A stretch of DNA of 35,115 bases from a bacterium (GCA_035438565.1 DAORIP010000001.1:1-35115), one strand, 5' to 3'; positions 1 to 9,200 are shown, counted from the stretch's first letter. Notes: generated by a model from the letters alone, not told the origin. Made by a program: numbers and translations.

Positions 1-295
1 TGGTATCAAGTTTTACCTTCAGACCAAGGCCTTTGATTTTTTGCAAAAACTGAGGCAAGTCTGCATGCAGGGTGGGCTCTCCCCCAGTTACTACAACTCC
101 ATCCAACATCGCGCGATCGCGATCAAGCTTTTGCAGCACATCTGCTTCGGAAATGTGGGCTTCACCAACCAGCGCAATAAGCTCAGGGTTATGGCAATAC
201 ACGCACTGAAATACACACCCCTGCGTAAACACGATTGCCGCCAAATGCCCGGGGTAATCGATAAGCGTGAGCGGCTGATAGCCCGCTAGACGCAT
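1..295 (-). CDS. nrdG: Anaerobic ribonucleoside-triphosphate reductase activating protein (radical SAM), 5' part only, runs off the left edge
   Basis: Absent from the ORF track because it has no stop in the window. Minus-strand ATG at 295-293; my translation is MRLAGYQPLTLIDYPGHLAAIVFTQGCVFQCVYCHNPELI...VVVTGGEPTL. It carries the CxxxCxxC radical-SAM motif (CVFQCVYC) and a GGEP motif. The start overlaps the nrdD stop by 10 nt. Confidence 0.85.
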   Translation of the reverse strand, partial: MRLAGYQPLTLIDYPGHLAAIVFTQGCVFQCVYCHNPELIALVGEAHISEADVLQKLDRDRAMLDGVVVTGGEPTLHADLPQFLQKIKGLGLKVKLDT

Positions 296-2136
296 ACGCC
301 CGTTTCAGGCTCACAGACAGGAAGGTATTCCTCTCTATCAAGGTATTCGCTCTTTTTTCCAGTATTCCACTCCTGTACAGGCCTAAAGTAGCCCACCACC
401 CGTGACCAGACTTCACACGTTGTCTGACAGCTCGGACAGATCTGCACTTCTCCTGACAAATACCCGTGCGTTGGGCAGACGCTAAATGTGGGCGTTACCG
501 TGATGTACGGCAAATGGTGCTGAGCAATAACTTTTTTTACAAAGTCACGACACATTTTCCAGTCGTAAACGCGTTCCCCAAGAAATAAATGAAGCACCGT
601 GCCACCGGTATAGCGCGTCTGGAGATCGTCCTGGTGACGCAAGGCTTCGAGGGGGTTACTTGTATGTCCCACCGGCAAATGCGATGAGTTCGTGTAATAC
701 GGTGCTTGCGGGGTACCCGCCTGAAGAATATCGGCGTAGCGTTTCTTATCTTCTTTGGCAAAGCGGTAGGTTGTACCTTCCGCGGGAGTTGCCTCAAGGT
801 TATAGAGATGTCCCGTTTCTTCCTGATAGCGTACCAAACGGTTTCGCATGAAATCGAGCACCTCCATAGCGAATTCCTTACCCTCAGACGTAGCAATATC
901 TGTCTTTGCTCCAAGCAAGTTCAGACAGGCTTCATTCATGCCATTTAATCCAATGGTGGAAAAGTGATTTCGCAGTGACGGCAAGTACCGCTTGGTAAAC
1001 GGCAAAAGGCCCATATCAATATTTTCCTGCACGGTCTTGCGCTTGAGCTCTAATGAATCCCTGCTCACGTCCATCAGATACCCAAGTCGATCAAAAAACT
1101 CGGCTTTCGTTTTTGCCAAATACCCGATCCGCGGAAGATTAATCGTCACCACGCCAACACTCCCGGTCATTTCCGCTGACCCAAAAAGTCCCCCGCCTCT
1201 GGCTCTCAGCTGACGTAAATCAAGTTGCAAACGGCAGCACATACTTCTAACATCTGAGGGATTGAGTTGAGAGTTTACAAAATTTTGGAAATACGGAATG
1301 CCGTATTTTGCTGTCATCTCAAATAAGCCCTGCGCATTCTTATGTTCCCAGTCAAAATCTTTGGTGATGTTGTAGGTAGGAATAGGAAAAGTAAAAATTC
1401 TTCCCTTACTATCCCCAGCGGACATGACATCAATATAGGCGCGATTAATCGTATCCATTTCTACCTGACAATCACCGTACGTAAATGATTGCTCCACCCC
1501 GCCAATGATTGGACGCGTGTCTTTCATGTCGGCGGGACAATTCCAATCAAGAGTAATGTTCGTAAACGGTGTTTGCATTCCCCAACGTGAAGGTACATTC
1601 AGATTAAACACAAATTGCTGAACCCCTTGGCGCACCTCTTCATAGGTTAATTTATCGACCTTTACATACGGCGCGAGGAAGGTATCAAACGAAGAAAAAG
1701 CCTGTGCACCAGCCCATTCGTTCTGCAAAGTACCGAGAAAATTCACCATCTGACCAAGAGCAGTATCAAAATGTTTTGGAGGGGCGGACTCAACTTTTCC
1801 TGACACACCGTTAAACCCCTCCAACAAGAGTTGCCGCAAACTCCAGCCTGCACAGTACCCAGAAAACATGTCTAAATCGTGAATGTGCACATCACCCTCA
1901 ATGTGGGCAGCGCGAACGCGTTCAGGGTAAATTTTGTGAAGCCAGTAATTTGCAATAATTTTTCCGGAAATATTCAAAATCATCCCGCCTAATGAGTAAC
2001 CTTGATTCGCATTCGCCTGGACACGCCAATCATGCTTTCCTAAATACTCATCCACGGTCTTGATCGCATCCACAAAAACAGGGCCAGATGGTTCAATCTT
2101 CGCCGAAACAGACTGCTCAAACGTAAAGGTTTTCAT
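286..2136 (-). CDS. nrdD: Anaerobic (class III) ribonucleoside-triphosphate reductase, short form without ATP cone
   Basis: 616-aa ORF with an ATG start. NrdD-type core strings are present (DVHIHDLD, NEWAGAQAF), plus a C-terminal Cys cluster (CPTHG...CPSCQTTC) and the glycyl-radical motif RVVGYFRPV. It is followed directly by nrdG. Confidence 0.95.
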   Translation of the reverse strand: MKTFTFEQSVSAKIEPSGPVFVDAIKTVDEYLGKHDWRVQANANQGYSLGGMILNISGKIIANYWLHKIYPERVRAAHIEGDVHIHDLDMFSGYCAGWSLRQLLLEGFNGVSGKVESAPPKHFDTALGQMVNFLGTLQNEWAGAQAFSSFDTFLAPYVKVDKLTYEEVRQGVQQFVFNLNVPSRWGMQTPFTNITLDWNCPADMKDTRPIIGGVEQSFTYGDCQVEMDTINRAYIDVMSAGDSKGRIFTFPIPTYNITKDFDWEHKNAQGLFEMTAKYGIPYFQNFVNSQLNPSDVRSMCCRLQLDLRQLRARGGGLFGSAEMTGSVGVVTINLPRIGYLAKTKAEFFDRLGYLMDVSRDSLELKRKTVQENIDMGLLPFTKRYLPSLRNHFSTIGLNGMNEACLNLLGAKTDIATSEGKEFAMEVLDFMRNRLVRYQEETGHLYNLEATPAEGTTYRFAKEDKKRYADILQAGTPQAPYYTNSSHLPVGHTSNPLEALRHQDDLQTRYTGGTVLHLFLGERVYDWKMCRDFVKKVIAQHHLPYITVTPTFSVCPTHGYLSGEVQICPSCQTTCEVWSRVVGYFRPVQEWNTGKKSEYLDREEYLPVCEPETGVCV

Positions 2137-2163
2137 AAAAATAAAAACTCGCGAATGCGAGCT
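2137..2163 (-). promoter_or_regulatory. Hairpin plus U-tract abutting the nrdD start codon (attenuator or translational control element)
   Basis: Minus-strand RNA reads AGCTCGC-attc-GCGAGTT (7 bp including one G-U), then TTTTTATTTTT, then directly the nrdD ATG at 2136. No Shine-Dalgarno sequence lies between the hairpin and the ATG. Confidence 0.3.
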
Positions 2164-2184
2164 TCAATGAGCTTCTTAAATGAA

Positions 2185-2415
2185 TTACTTCGCTTGTGTC
2201 ACTGACGGACAATGGATTCTATTCGGACAATGTTCAATCATGCACAACAGATCATTAAATTTTGATTCTTGAATCACGGTAACCTGTTTACACGCCTTAC
2301 ACTTTGCCTCAATATCGCCTTCCACCAGCACCCCTTTGAACAAAAGCTTCTGGCAATGCCGACAACGATATTCGCGGAGACAAGGCTTCATAGCGGTTAT
2401 GGGAGTATACACCAT
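2185..2415 (-). CDS. Small Com-type (phage Mu Com-like) zinc-finger protein; alternative start at 2391 gives 68 aa
   Basis: YRCRHCQKLLFKGVLVEGDIEAKCKACKQ matches the Mu Com pattern RC-x2-C-x-KLLFK...IE-x-KC-x2-CK. ATG codons occur at 2415 and 2391. It is the first gene upstream of nrdD on the same strand. Confidence 0.6.
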   Translation of the reverse strand: MVYTPITAMKPCLREYRCRHCQKLLFKGVLVEGDIEAKCKACKQVTVIQESKFNDLLCMIEHCPNRIHCPSVTQAK

Positions 2416-2424
2416 ATGTAGTGG
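2409..2424. promoter_or_regulatory. NrdR-box-like palindrome 1
   Basis: ACACCATATGTAGTGG matches the 16-bp NrdR consensus acaCwAtATaTwGtgt at 13 of 16 positions. It overlaps the 5' end of the zinc-finger/nrdD/nrdG transcription unit. Confidence 0.45.
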
Positions 2425-2440
2425 TATAAATATTTTCTAA

Positions 2441-2456
2441 ACACGATATGTTGATA
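2441..2456. promoter_or_regulatory. NrdR-box-like palindrome 2
   Basis: ACACGATATGTTGATA matches the NrdR consensus at 11 of 16 positions. It starts 32 bp from box 1, the three-helical-turn spacing typical of tandem NrdR boxes. Confidence 0.4.
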
Positions 2457-2506
2457 AACATCAAAGGATCGAGATTTCCCCAATAAATTGCAACCTAGTC
2501 GCATCC

Positions 2507-3028
2507 ATGCAGCTAGGTATACACTATTGGCATATGAAAATATCTTTCGAACAAGGTGCGTGGGCCGCAATGCGTATTTCTCTTGGTTGGTTATTTTTTT
2601 GGGCATTCATTGATAAAGTCTTTGGGCTTGGATTTGCAACTGAACACGGCAAGGCTTGGATTGATGGGGTCTCACCAACTTTTGGGTACCTCAAGTTTGC
2701 AACACACGGTCCGTTTACTCCACTCTTTCAAGCGCTCGCTGGTAGTGTAATCGTTGAGTGGCTCTTCATGCTCGGGTTGCTTCTTATCGGTGTGGCGCTT
2801 ATTTTGGGTGTTGGCATGCGCATTGCTGGATATTCCGGAGCCCTGATGGTGGCGCTTATGTTTCTCGCTGCATCACTTCCCTCGGAACACAATCCCATTA
2901 TCGACGAGCACGTGATTTATTTCTGTGCTTTTCTCCTCTTCACAAAAATTCCGGTCGGCCATTGGCTTGGATTTGGAAAATTCTGGTCAGAGCTTGAAAT
3001 CGTGAAGAAATATCCGATTCTTCAATAA
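2507..3028 (+). CDS. DoxX-family integral membrane protein
   Basis: 173 aa with about four hydrophobic helices. The N-terminal MRISLGWLFFWAFIDKVFG and the following GKAWIDG...GPF...LAG pattern resemble DoxX/DoxD-like proteins. The start is uncertain; an alternative ATG is at 2534. Confidence 0.65.
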   Translation: MQLGIHYWHMKISFEQGAWAAMRISLGWLFFWAFIDKVFGLGFATEHGKAWIDGVSPTFGYLKFATHGPFTPLFQALAGSVIVEWLFMLGLLLIGVALILGVGMRIAGYSGALMVALMFLAASLPSEHNPIIDEHVIYFCAFLLFTKIPVGHWLGFGKFWSELEIVKKYPILQ

Positions 3029-3033
3029 CCCAC

Positions 3034-3714
3034 ATGGCGAGCTTTCGAACACACATCTCTTTTGGAATTGCTTTTGGGATCTTGAGCGGGTTAGCGATCA
3101 TTGCACTCGCCCTTGTTCCCGATACTTGGAGCTTCTCCATATTAGCTGGCCTAGCGGTTACACTTGGAGCACAGCTCCCTGACATGGACAGCGATTCTGG
3201 ACTTCCCTTTCACATTACATTTGGCTCACTCGCACTAGTAATCGGCATTCTTACAAGCTGGTACAGCTACAGCGTCATTCTTGTAAGTCTTGGTGGCGCC
3301 ATCCTCGCAGGTGGAATAGCGATTTTTAGCGTTTGGATTGTTATCGGAACGATCTTTAAGAAATTTACCAAACACCGTGGAATGGCACATTCAATCCCAG
3401 CGGCTGTACTCGCCGGATTAGTAACCTTTTCAATTAGCAATACTTTGAATGTTGAAGAATGGCAGTCATTCCTCCTTGGCACGAGCATAACCTGCGGCTA
3501 TATTCTTCATCTTGTTCTTGATGAAATTTGGGCAGGCCTCAACTTTCACGGTCACTTATTCGTACCTAACAGGGCCTTCGGTAGCGCCTTGAAGTTCGTC
3601 TCTCATGATCATCGCCTGACAGTGCTCGTCTATATATCCATTGGCATGCTGCTCTACGGCAACATCGCTAAACTCGCATATCTTACCGAACGCTTATTTG
3701 CAGCGTTCCAATAA
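3034..3714 (+). CDS. Membrane-bound metal-dependent hydrolase, DUF457/YdjM-like
   Basis: 226 aa and polytopic, with His-containing strings typical of the family (RTHISFG, GMAHSIPAA, HLVLDE). It lies 5 nt after the DoxX-like gene, so the two probably form an operon. Confidence 0.65.
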   Translation: MASFRTHISFGIAFGILSGLAIIALALVPDTWSFSILAGLAVTLGAQLPDMDSDSGLPFHITFGSLALVIGILTSWYSYSVILVSLGGAILAGGIAIFSVWIVIGTIFKKFTKHRGMAHSIPAAVLAGLVTFSISNTLNVEEWQSFLLGTSITCGYILHLVLDEIWAGLNFHGHLFVPNRAFGSALKFVSHDHRLTVLVYISIGMLLYGNIAKLAYLTERLFAAFQ

Positions 3715-3726
3715 TCTAAACCGCAT

Positions 3727-3763
3727 TAACATAAAACCGTATCAGCAGCATGGCTGATACGGT
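3727..3763 (-). terminator. Hairpin terminator between convergent genes
   Basis: Perfect 11-bp stem ACCGTATCAGC (3736-3746) / GCTGATACGGT (3753-3763) with a 6-nt loop. On the minus strand it is followed by TTTTATGTT. Confidence 0.6.
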
Positions 3764-3784
3764 GACGCGTACACTCTGCCTGGC

Positions 3785-4051
3785 TCAAGCAATGCTCAGG
3801 ATTTCCGCTCCGAAACGGCGCGCGAAAACAATCGCGAAAGCCTTCAGCAGGTCGGGATCGGGAGAACGGAAGCGGAGCCGATACTGGTGCTCCCCATTGG
3901 GGTGCAGCCAAATGTCGTTGGATTCGCTCATCTGCCAGCGACACTCGTACGGCTCCCAAATGGCCTCAGAGCTCACCAGGAACAACATGCAGCGCAGTGC
4001 CAGAATCACATCCGCATCCGACACGTGGTCTCGAACTCGAAATTCCAACAT
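3785..4051 (-). CDS. Hypothetical 88-aa protein (orphan, no family recognised)
   Basis: ATG start preceded by GGAGGTGAGGA (a strong Shine-Dalgarno, complement of 4052-4062). It has its own promoter and terminator, and its composition is protein-like, unlike the overlapping plus-strand ORF. Confidence 0.6.
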   Translation of the reverse strand: MLEFRVRDHVSDADVILALRCMLFLVSSEAIWEPYECRWQMSESNDIWLHPNGEHQYRLRFRSPDPDLLKAFAIVFARRFGAEILSIA

Positions 4052-4071
4052 TCCTCACCTCCAGGCACAGG

Positions 4072-4100
4072 AATATACACGATTTCCTTCAAAAAGTCAA
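4072..4100 (-). promoter_or_regulatory. Sigma70-type promoter for the 88-aa gene
   Basis: Minus strand reads TTGACT (complement of 4095-4100), a 17-nt spacer, then TATATT (complement of 4072-4077). The Shine-Dalgarno sequence and ATG follow about 10-25 nt downstream. Confidence 0.5.
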
Positions 4101-4140
4101 TCACAAAACCACACCCGACCGCATTTGGTCGGGTGTGGTT
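4101..4140 (-). terminator. Rho-independent terminator of the esterase gene
   Basis: Perfect 14-bp stem AACCACACCCGACC (4107-4120) / GGTCGGGTGTGGTT (4127-4140). On the minus strand it is followed by TTGTGATTGACTTTTTG. Confidence 0.7.
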
Positions 4141-4158
4141 GATATGCATAAATCCGAC

Positions 4159-5214
4159 TTATAAACTGTATTGCTCAAAGAACGGCCAGAAAATATTTAC
4201 GTAGGCAACGGGGTAATTTTTTCCGTTTGCGTACTGATGTCCCATGCCATCCAGAATGAGCATCATGTATTCCGCGTCACCCTCACCACTCACCGGCTCG
4301 CTAAATGTATAGCTTGAAACCTTGCCGTTGACTTCGTACACGTAAGAATCTTCAAGATCGGCGAGTTCCAAGAACGGATTCACGACGGCTTTTTTGATTC
4401 CACTATCTTCATCCATAAGTGATTCGTCGGTTGCGAGTTCAGACACTCCAAGTGCTCGAGTTACACGATCATCAACCGAACCTATAGCTGTAATCATTGG
4501 ACGTGCAATAAATGGAGCATCCGTATGATCATTTACATGCGTAATGTCTTCATACGACACATTGCCAGAACCACCAACCGCAAAAGCTGCAAAGGTGTCT
4601 GACATTTCAACTGCTAACCGAGACGTAAACTGAGCACCATTTGAGAAACCGGTTGCGTAGAATCGCTTTTCATCCACCGGATAATTCTCCTTCATGAAAT
4701 CAACTATGTCCTGCGTGAAATCAACGTCATTATGCAGCACTTGATCAGGATAAGCTGGATCAAGCATATCGGTAATTTTATAATGGGTCCATTTCGTAAA
4801 ATATACCGGTACATCCGATTTAATCTCACCGGAAGGCAAGGCCTTATCATCAATCAAATGATATTCAAGCGCAGTTGGGAATACCACTGTAATTCCCTCT
4901 TGATCCGCCTTCTCTTTCCAACCTGAGATGTGATAAAACTTTTCTCCGGTGCCACTTGTGCCGTGATACATAAACACGACCGGTGTTTCAACGTCAGCTT
5001 TCAAATTCTCTGGTCGATACACAATAAACTCACGCTCAACGCCATCAGACTCAATGTGATAGGTCTTTTTTCCATCAATCTCAGCGGCATCGAAATCCCC
5101 CTGACTATTACTGCTCACCGACGGCCTCGGGGTATGCTGCATTTGAAGTACCACTAAAGATACGGCCACACCCAGACCCATTAACAGCAAAAGTGAGACG
5201 AGAGCGATTTTCAT
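4159..5214 (-). CDS. Secreted alpha/beta-hydrolase esterase (PHB depolymerase / LpqC-like family)
   Basis: Signal peptide MKIALVSLLLLMGLGVAVS, the string VVFMYHGTSGTGEKF...ADQEGITVVFP, and the nucleophile elbow GFSNG. The ORF-track start at 5229 is a TTG, so I prefer the ATG at 5214. Confidence 0.8.
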   Translation of the reverse strand: MKIALVSLLLLMGLGVAVSLVVLQMQHTPRPSVSSNSQGDFDAAEIDGKKTYHIESDGVEREFIVYRPENLKADVETPVVFMYHGTSGTGEKFYHISGWKEKADQEGITVVFPTALEYHLIDDKALPSGEIKSDVPVYFTKWTHYKITDMLDPAYPDQVLHNDVDFTQDIVDFMKENYPVDEKRFYATGFSNGAQFTSRLAVEMSDTFAAFAVGGSGNVSYEDITHVNDHTDAPFIARPMITAIGSVDDRVTRALGVSELATDESLMDEDSGIKKAVVNPFLELADLEDSYVYEVNGKVSSYTFSEPVSGEGDAEYMMLILDGMGHQYANGKNYPVAYVNIFWPFFEQYSL

Positions 5215-5282
5215 AAAGGTATTATTCAATCAATAGTTTTCCATAAAAGTATAACCCCGAGTCGAAAAAAAGTAACAAAATT

Positions 5283-5933
5283 ATGCGAAAACCTAATATT
5301 CTGAGGCTCTATACCGCCCATCACCACGCCTATACAACCATGATCAAGCTTGTCGGCCATAAAGCCATGCTCACCAAATATTTTCAACGTGTCGCATTCC
5401 CGGATAACGTTAGGATTCTTGACGTTGGCTGCGGTTCCGGAGCGCTCACGAAAGCAGTTTGCACTGTACTTGATCAGCAAAAAATACAAGCGGAATGTAT
5501 CCAAGGCTTCGATTTCTCAGCCCCCGCCGTTCACGCCTACGCCACTTTTGCAGCTCAACATCCAGAACATCACATTGTCGTCACTCAATGCGACGTACGA
5601 ATGATTGATAGCGGCCTATCATTACAATGGAAAAATTACGACTATATTCTATCATCCGGAATGCTTGAATACCTCGACAAAAGAGAGTTAGTTAATGCCC
5701 TAAAAACACTAGTGCATCGATTGCGTAGCAACGGAAAAATAATCATCTTCATCTCTCGAAGCACCTGGCTCAACAAGATCTTTTTAGAAAAAATCTGGAA
5801 GGCGAATACGTTTACAAAAACTGAGCTCAGAAACATTTTTCAAAGCGCTCAACTGACAATTCAACAACTTCAGCCCTTCAGAACGTGGGGCTATGTTATC
5901 GTAGCTGAAAAATCGCGAAAGTCAGTTGACTGA
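5283..5933 (+). CDS. Class I SAM-dependent methyltransferase
   Basis: Motif I ILDVGCGSGALT, followed by an acidic loop and the motif II/III spacing of the Rossmann-fold methyltransferases. 216 aa. Confidence 0.85.
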   Translation: MRKPNILRLYTAHHHAYTTMIKLVGHKAMLTKYFQRVAFPDNVRILDVGCGSGALTKAVCTVLDQQKIQAECIQGFDFSAPAVHAYATFAAQHPEHHIVVTQCDVRMIDSGLSLQWKNYDYILSSGMLEYLDKRELVNALKTLVHRLRSNGKIIIFISRSTWLNKIFLEKIWKANTFTKTELRNIFQSAQLTIQQLQPFRTWGYVIVAEKSRKSVD

Positions 5934-5981
5934 ACGGTCTCGGAAATCATAAACTCTATCTAAAGAATCTTCTGAAAACAT

Positions 5982-6134
5982 ATGAAGTGTCCGGAATGCG
6001 ACTACGACATGGGGATCAAGGCTACCAAGGTCACGAGAAGCAGTATTGGAAGAACGTACAATTGGACACAGTTTCACTGTAAACGTGATGACGTCTGGAT
6101 AGAGCTTGAGGTTCCAAAAGAAAGTGAGGATTAG
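5982..6134 (+). CDS. Small zinc-ribbon-like protein, 50 aa (below the ORF-track cutoff)
   Basis: My translation is MKCPECDYDMGIKATKVTRSSIGRTYNWTQFHCKRDDVWIELEVPKESED, with CxxC plus HC as possible metal ligands. A hairpin terminator follows 6 nt after the stop. Confidence 0.4.
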   Translation: MKCPECDYDMGIKATKVTRSSIGRTYNWTQFHCKRDDVWIELEVPKESED

Positions 6135-6139
6135 GGTGC

Positions 6140-6169
6140 AAAACCGGCCGAAAAGGCCGGTTTTATATT
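6140..6169 (+). terminator. Rho-independent terminator
   Basis: 10-bp stem AAAACCGGCC (6140-6149) / GGCCGGTTTT (6155-6164) with a GAAAA loop, followed by AT-rich sequence. Confidence 0.6.
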
Positions 6170-6214
6170 ACCGGTTGTGAAACAAGGATAAGTAGCAAAA
6201 ACCCACCAGCTTCC

Positions 6215-6223
6215 TGATATAAT
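6215..6223 (+). promoter_or_regulatory. Extended -10 promoter element upstream of the giant gene
   Basis: TGATATAAT (TGn plus consensus TATAAT) ends 5 nt before the ATG at 6229. This implies either a leaderless transcript or use of the second ATG at 6244; ATGCGGAAA occurs twice, at 6229 and 6244. Confidence 0.35.
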
Positions 6224-6228
6224 TATGT

Positions 6229-9200
6229 ATGCGGAAAGAGTTTATGCGGAAACTGGCTGGGCGCAAATTTTTTGGAGCACTCATTGCAATAGGAATCTTT
6301 GCCACCGTACTAGGGTGGAATATTTTTGGCGTTAAGGGAGCAACCTATACTTGGGACAATGGTGGTGGTGACGGGCTTTGGAGCACGTGTACCAACTGGA
6401 CGAGCAACACCTGCCCAGGAGCTTTTGACATTGCACGCTTCAGCCCAGGAACTTCAGATACAAGCTCAACCATCGATCCGGCCTTTGCTGGCTCAGTCAA
6501 CGGAATCCTAGTGGAGGCTGGATTCACTGGAACCATTACCCAAAATAGAACTTTGGTAATTGATAGCGGTGGTATCGAAATGTACGGCGGAACATTGACC
6601 GGTAGCGCCGACAACATCACGAACGCCGGATCAATCTACCTTGAAAATGCCGTGCTCACCGCAACGAGCGGGACCATGACCGTGAACTCGATTCAATTAG
6701 CAACCGGGGGAACTTTCAATCACAACAACGGAACGGTTAAATTTACACCACAGTTTATTGGAGGTTTTTTTGCTACCACCGCTATTACCTTTAACAACGT
6801 CGAGATTGCAGCACAGAATAATGGCGTTGATATCATGGCTTCAAGTGGCGCTACAACCGCCATCGTACTTGGATCACTCACACTCACTGAAGGAAACATC
6901 GGAGCCGACCTAACACTCGACGCTCGCGGCACCATCACGCATACCGCTAACTTTGACGGTGGGCTCGGAACCATACTCGTATCTGCTGGCGCGGGTGATA
7001 TTAACGCTGTAAGTGGGGGTGCATTCCCAGCTGTAACTTTGTCGACGGCACGAAATCTGATCATGACCGCAGGAACCGTGACCTTTGATGGCGCAGTCAC
7101 CGTTGAGGATGGAGGAACATTCGACGGAAGCACGGGAACAACGCAAATCAGTGGATCTCTGGTTGTCTCAAGTGGGTCAACCTTTGGTGCGAGTACCGGC
7201 ACAACTTTTGTCGGCAGTACAACCACAAGCTTCTTTGAAACCGACGCCTTCACCGTTGCCGCCGGAGCTACGTTCAATCCCAATGGTGGAACACTTGAAA
7301 TCGGCAATCGTCGCAATTTAACTGTTGATGTCGATACGTCCTTAACTTTAGAAAATCTCAACATTGACACTTTCTCAGGCAGCTATGGCGTCACCATCAC
7401 CACCGGAGATACCTTGGTGGTCGCTGGACAACTTTTGCTTGATGAAGGTTACGTTGACGGCGGCACCATTGAAGTTCAAGGAACATTTTCTCAACAAACA
7501 ACTTTCGGAACCTTTACATCATGCGGCTCGACAATCATCCATGTAACCGCCGCCATCACCATCGCTCCACCGCTTAGTGACAGCGGCTCAATCTGTTTTA
7601 CAGGTATAAATCTTGATAATGCTGGCGCGATCTATGACGATACCGGCGCTGGCAATACCGCGTATTTTGGTGGAAGCATCATCATCACTCAGGGCACATT
7701 TGAAGCCACAAGCGCAACCACCTACATGGCAATCGATGCTGATTTTGATTTAAATGGTGGCACGTTTCATGACAATGGAGGGTTATTTCAATTTGAGGGT
7801 GGTACGCAGTATATTTACGGTGGTCCAACCTTTACTGATCTCACCATCCTAAGCGATGACATCACCTTCGAATCAGGCACGACGTTGGTTGTAAACGGCT
7901 TTTTCGACATGTACAACACAGCGTCAATCATGACCGTTCACAGCAGTACTATTGGCGTTCAGGCGCTGATCGACTTTAACGGCACGACATACAGCCTTTA
8001 TTCGCTTGACGTTCAGGACAACCAGTGGGTTAACGCCTCCCCTGCCAGCTGTGTTTATCAGTGTACGTCGTCCGGAAATAACACAAACTGGACTTTCATT
8101 AAAAACATCGTTGTCACCGACATCTCTGGATACACCACTGAAGCCGGGGGTACTGCAACATTTACCGTGGTCCTCGACCAAGGACCGGATGCCAACGTGA
8201 CAATCGGTGTTTCAAGTTCTGATACATCTGAAGGCACCGTGTCCACCGCCCTGCTCACCTTCACAACGCTGAACTGGGCCACACCTCAAACCATTACCGT
8301 TACCGGAGTTGATGATCTGCTTGATGACGAAGGTGTTGATTACACAATCGTTCTAGCGGCAGCAACTTCTACAGACACTGCGTATAGCGGTGTAAATGCA
8401 CGTGATATCAGCGTAAGAAACTTAGACAATGATAATGGCGCTGATAATGTTGATTTTGACTTCCCTACTCACTACATTGAACAAACAGCCGCAAAAACAG
8501 ACCTCAACGGACAGGTGGCTCAACTTACTGAAGATGATTTTATTGCCACCAATCAACCGATCCCATTAGCCCTTGGCGGCACTGGCGATATCGTCTACAA
8601 CACCGCCGATGATTCACTCTGGTTTGCTGGCGATAGTGGAGATATTTACGAGTACGTAATTGATACTGACACGCTCACATCACATGCCTCCGGAGGCTCA
8701 TCAGCTGACAACTATTACGTCACCTATGATAACGAGCCTACACGAAGCCGAGTCTGGATGACGCATGCCTCTGACTCTGAAATCGTTGCATTTAATAACG
8801 ATGGCAGTGTTTTTGGATCGTTTGCTACAAATGCGAATCCAAATAGGATTCTCTTTGTAAACGCAAATGACGCAAACGCCGCGAATGACAGCATTTGGTT
8901 AGGCAATCTTGATGGTACAGGCATTCAATCAGTGACAAAATATAACGCCGCAACCGGCGCCCCGTATATTACCGATCTCGCAACGAGTACGTTTCCGCTT
9001 ACAGACGCAAACTTGGTAAACAACGTCGTTACTGCAATCACTTACGATACGAACAATGACGCGATCTGGATAACTACAAACAATGACTCTGGGGAAACCG
9101 TTCTCGTCGGTCTGAATCAGTCGACCGGCGCACCGCTTAATGGGTCGCTAGTAAACAGCACGTTCGTCATCTCGCCAATCAATCCTTCTGAAATCGAATA

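Noticed and set aside
41-289. 82-aa plus-strand ORF at the left edge
   Set aside because: It lies antisense to a clearly recognisable radical-SAM nrdG reading frame. It starts at a TTG and has no motifs or expression signals.
2515-2530. Third NrdR-like site ACACTATTGGCATATG inside the DoxX 5' region
   Set aside because: Only the left half matches the consensus, and the spacing to the other two boxes is not a multiple of a helical turn.
3750-4142. 130-aa plus-strand ORF covering the orphan-gene region
   Set aside because: It has an Arg/Ser-rich, junk-like composition and no ribosome-binding site. It starts inside one hairpin terminator (3736-3763) and runs through the second (4107-4140). The opposite-strand 88-aa ORF has a promoter, a Shine-Dalgarno sequence and a terminator.
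6720-7370. 216-aa minus-strand ORF (also 11013-11555, 180 aa) inside the 2053-aa gene
   Set aside because: These are shadow ORFs produced by the repetitive Gly/Thr- and Pro-rich coding strand. They are low-complexity translations with no start signals.
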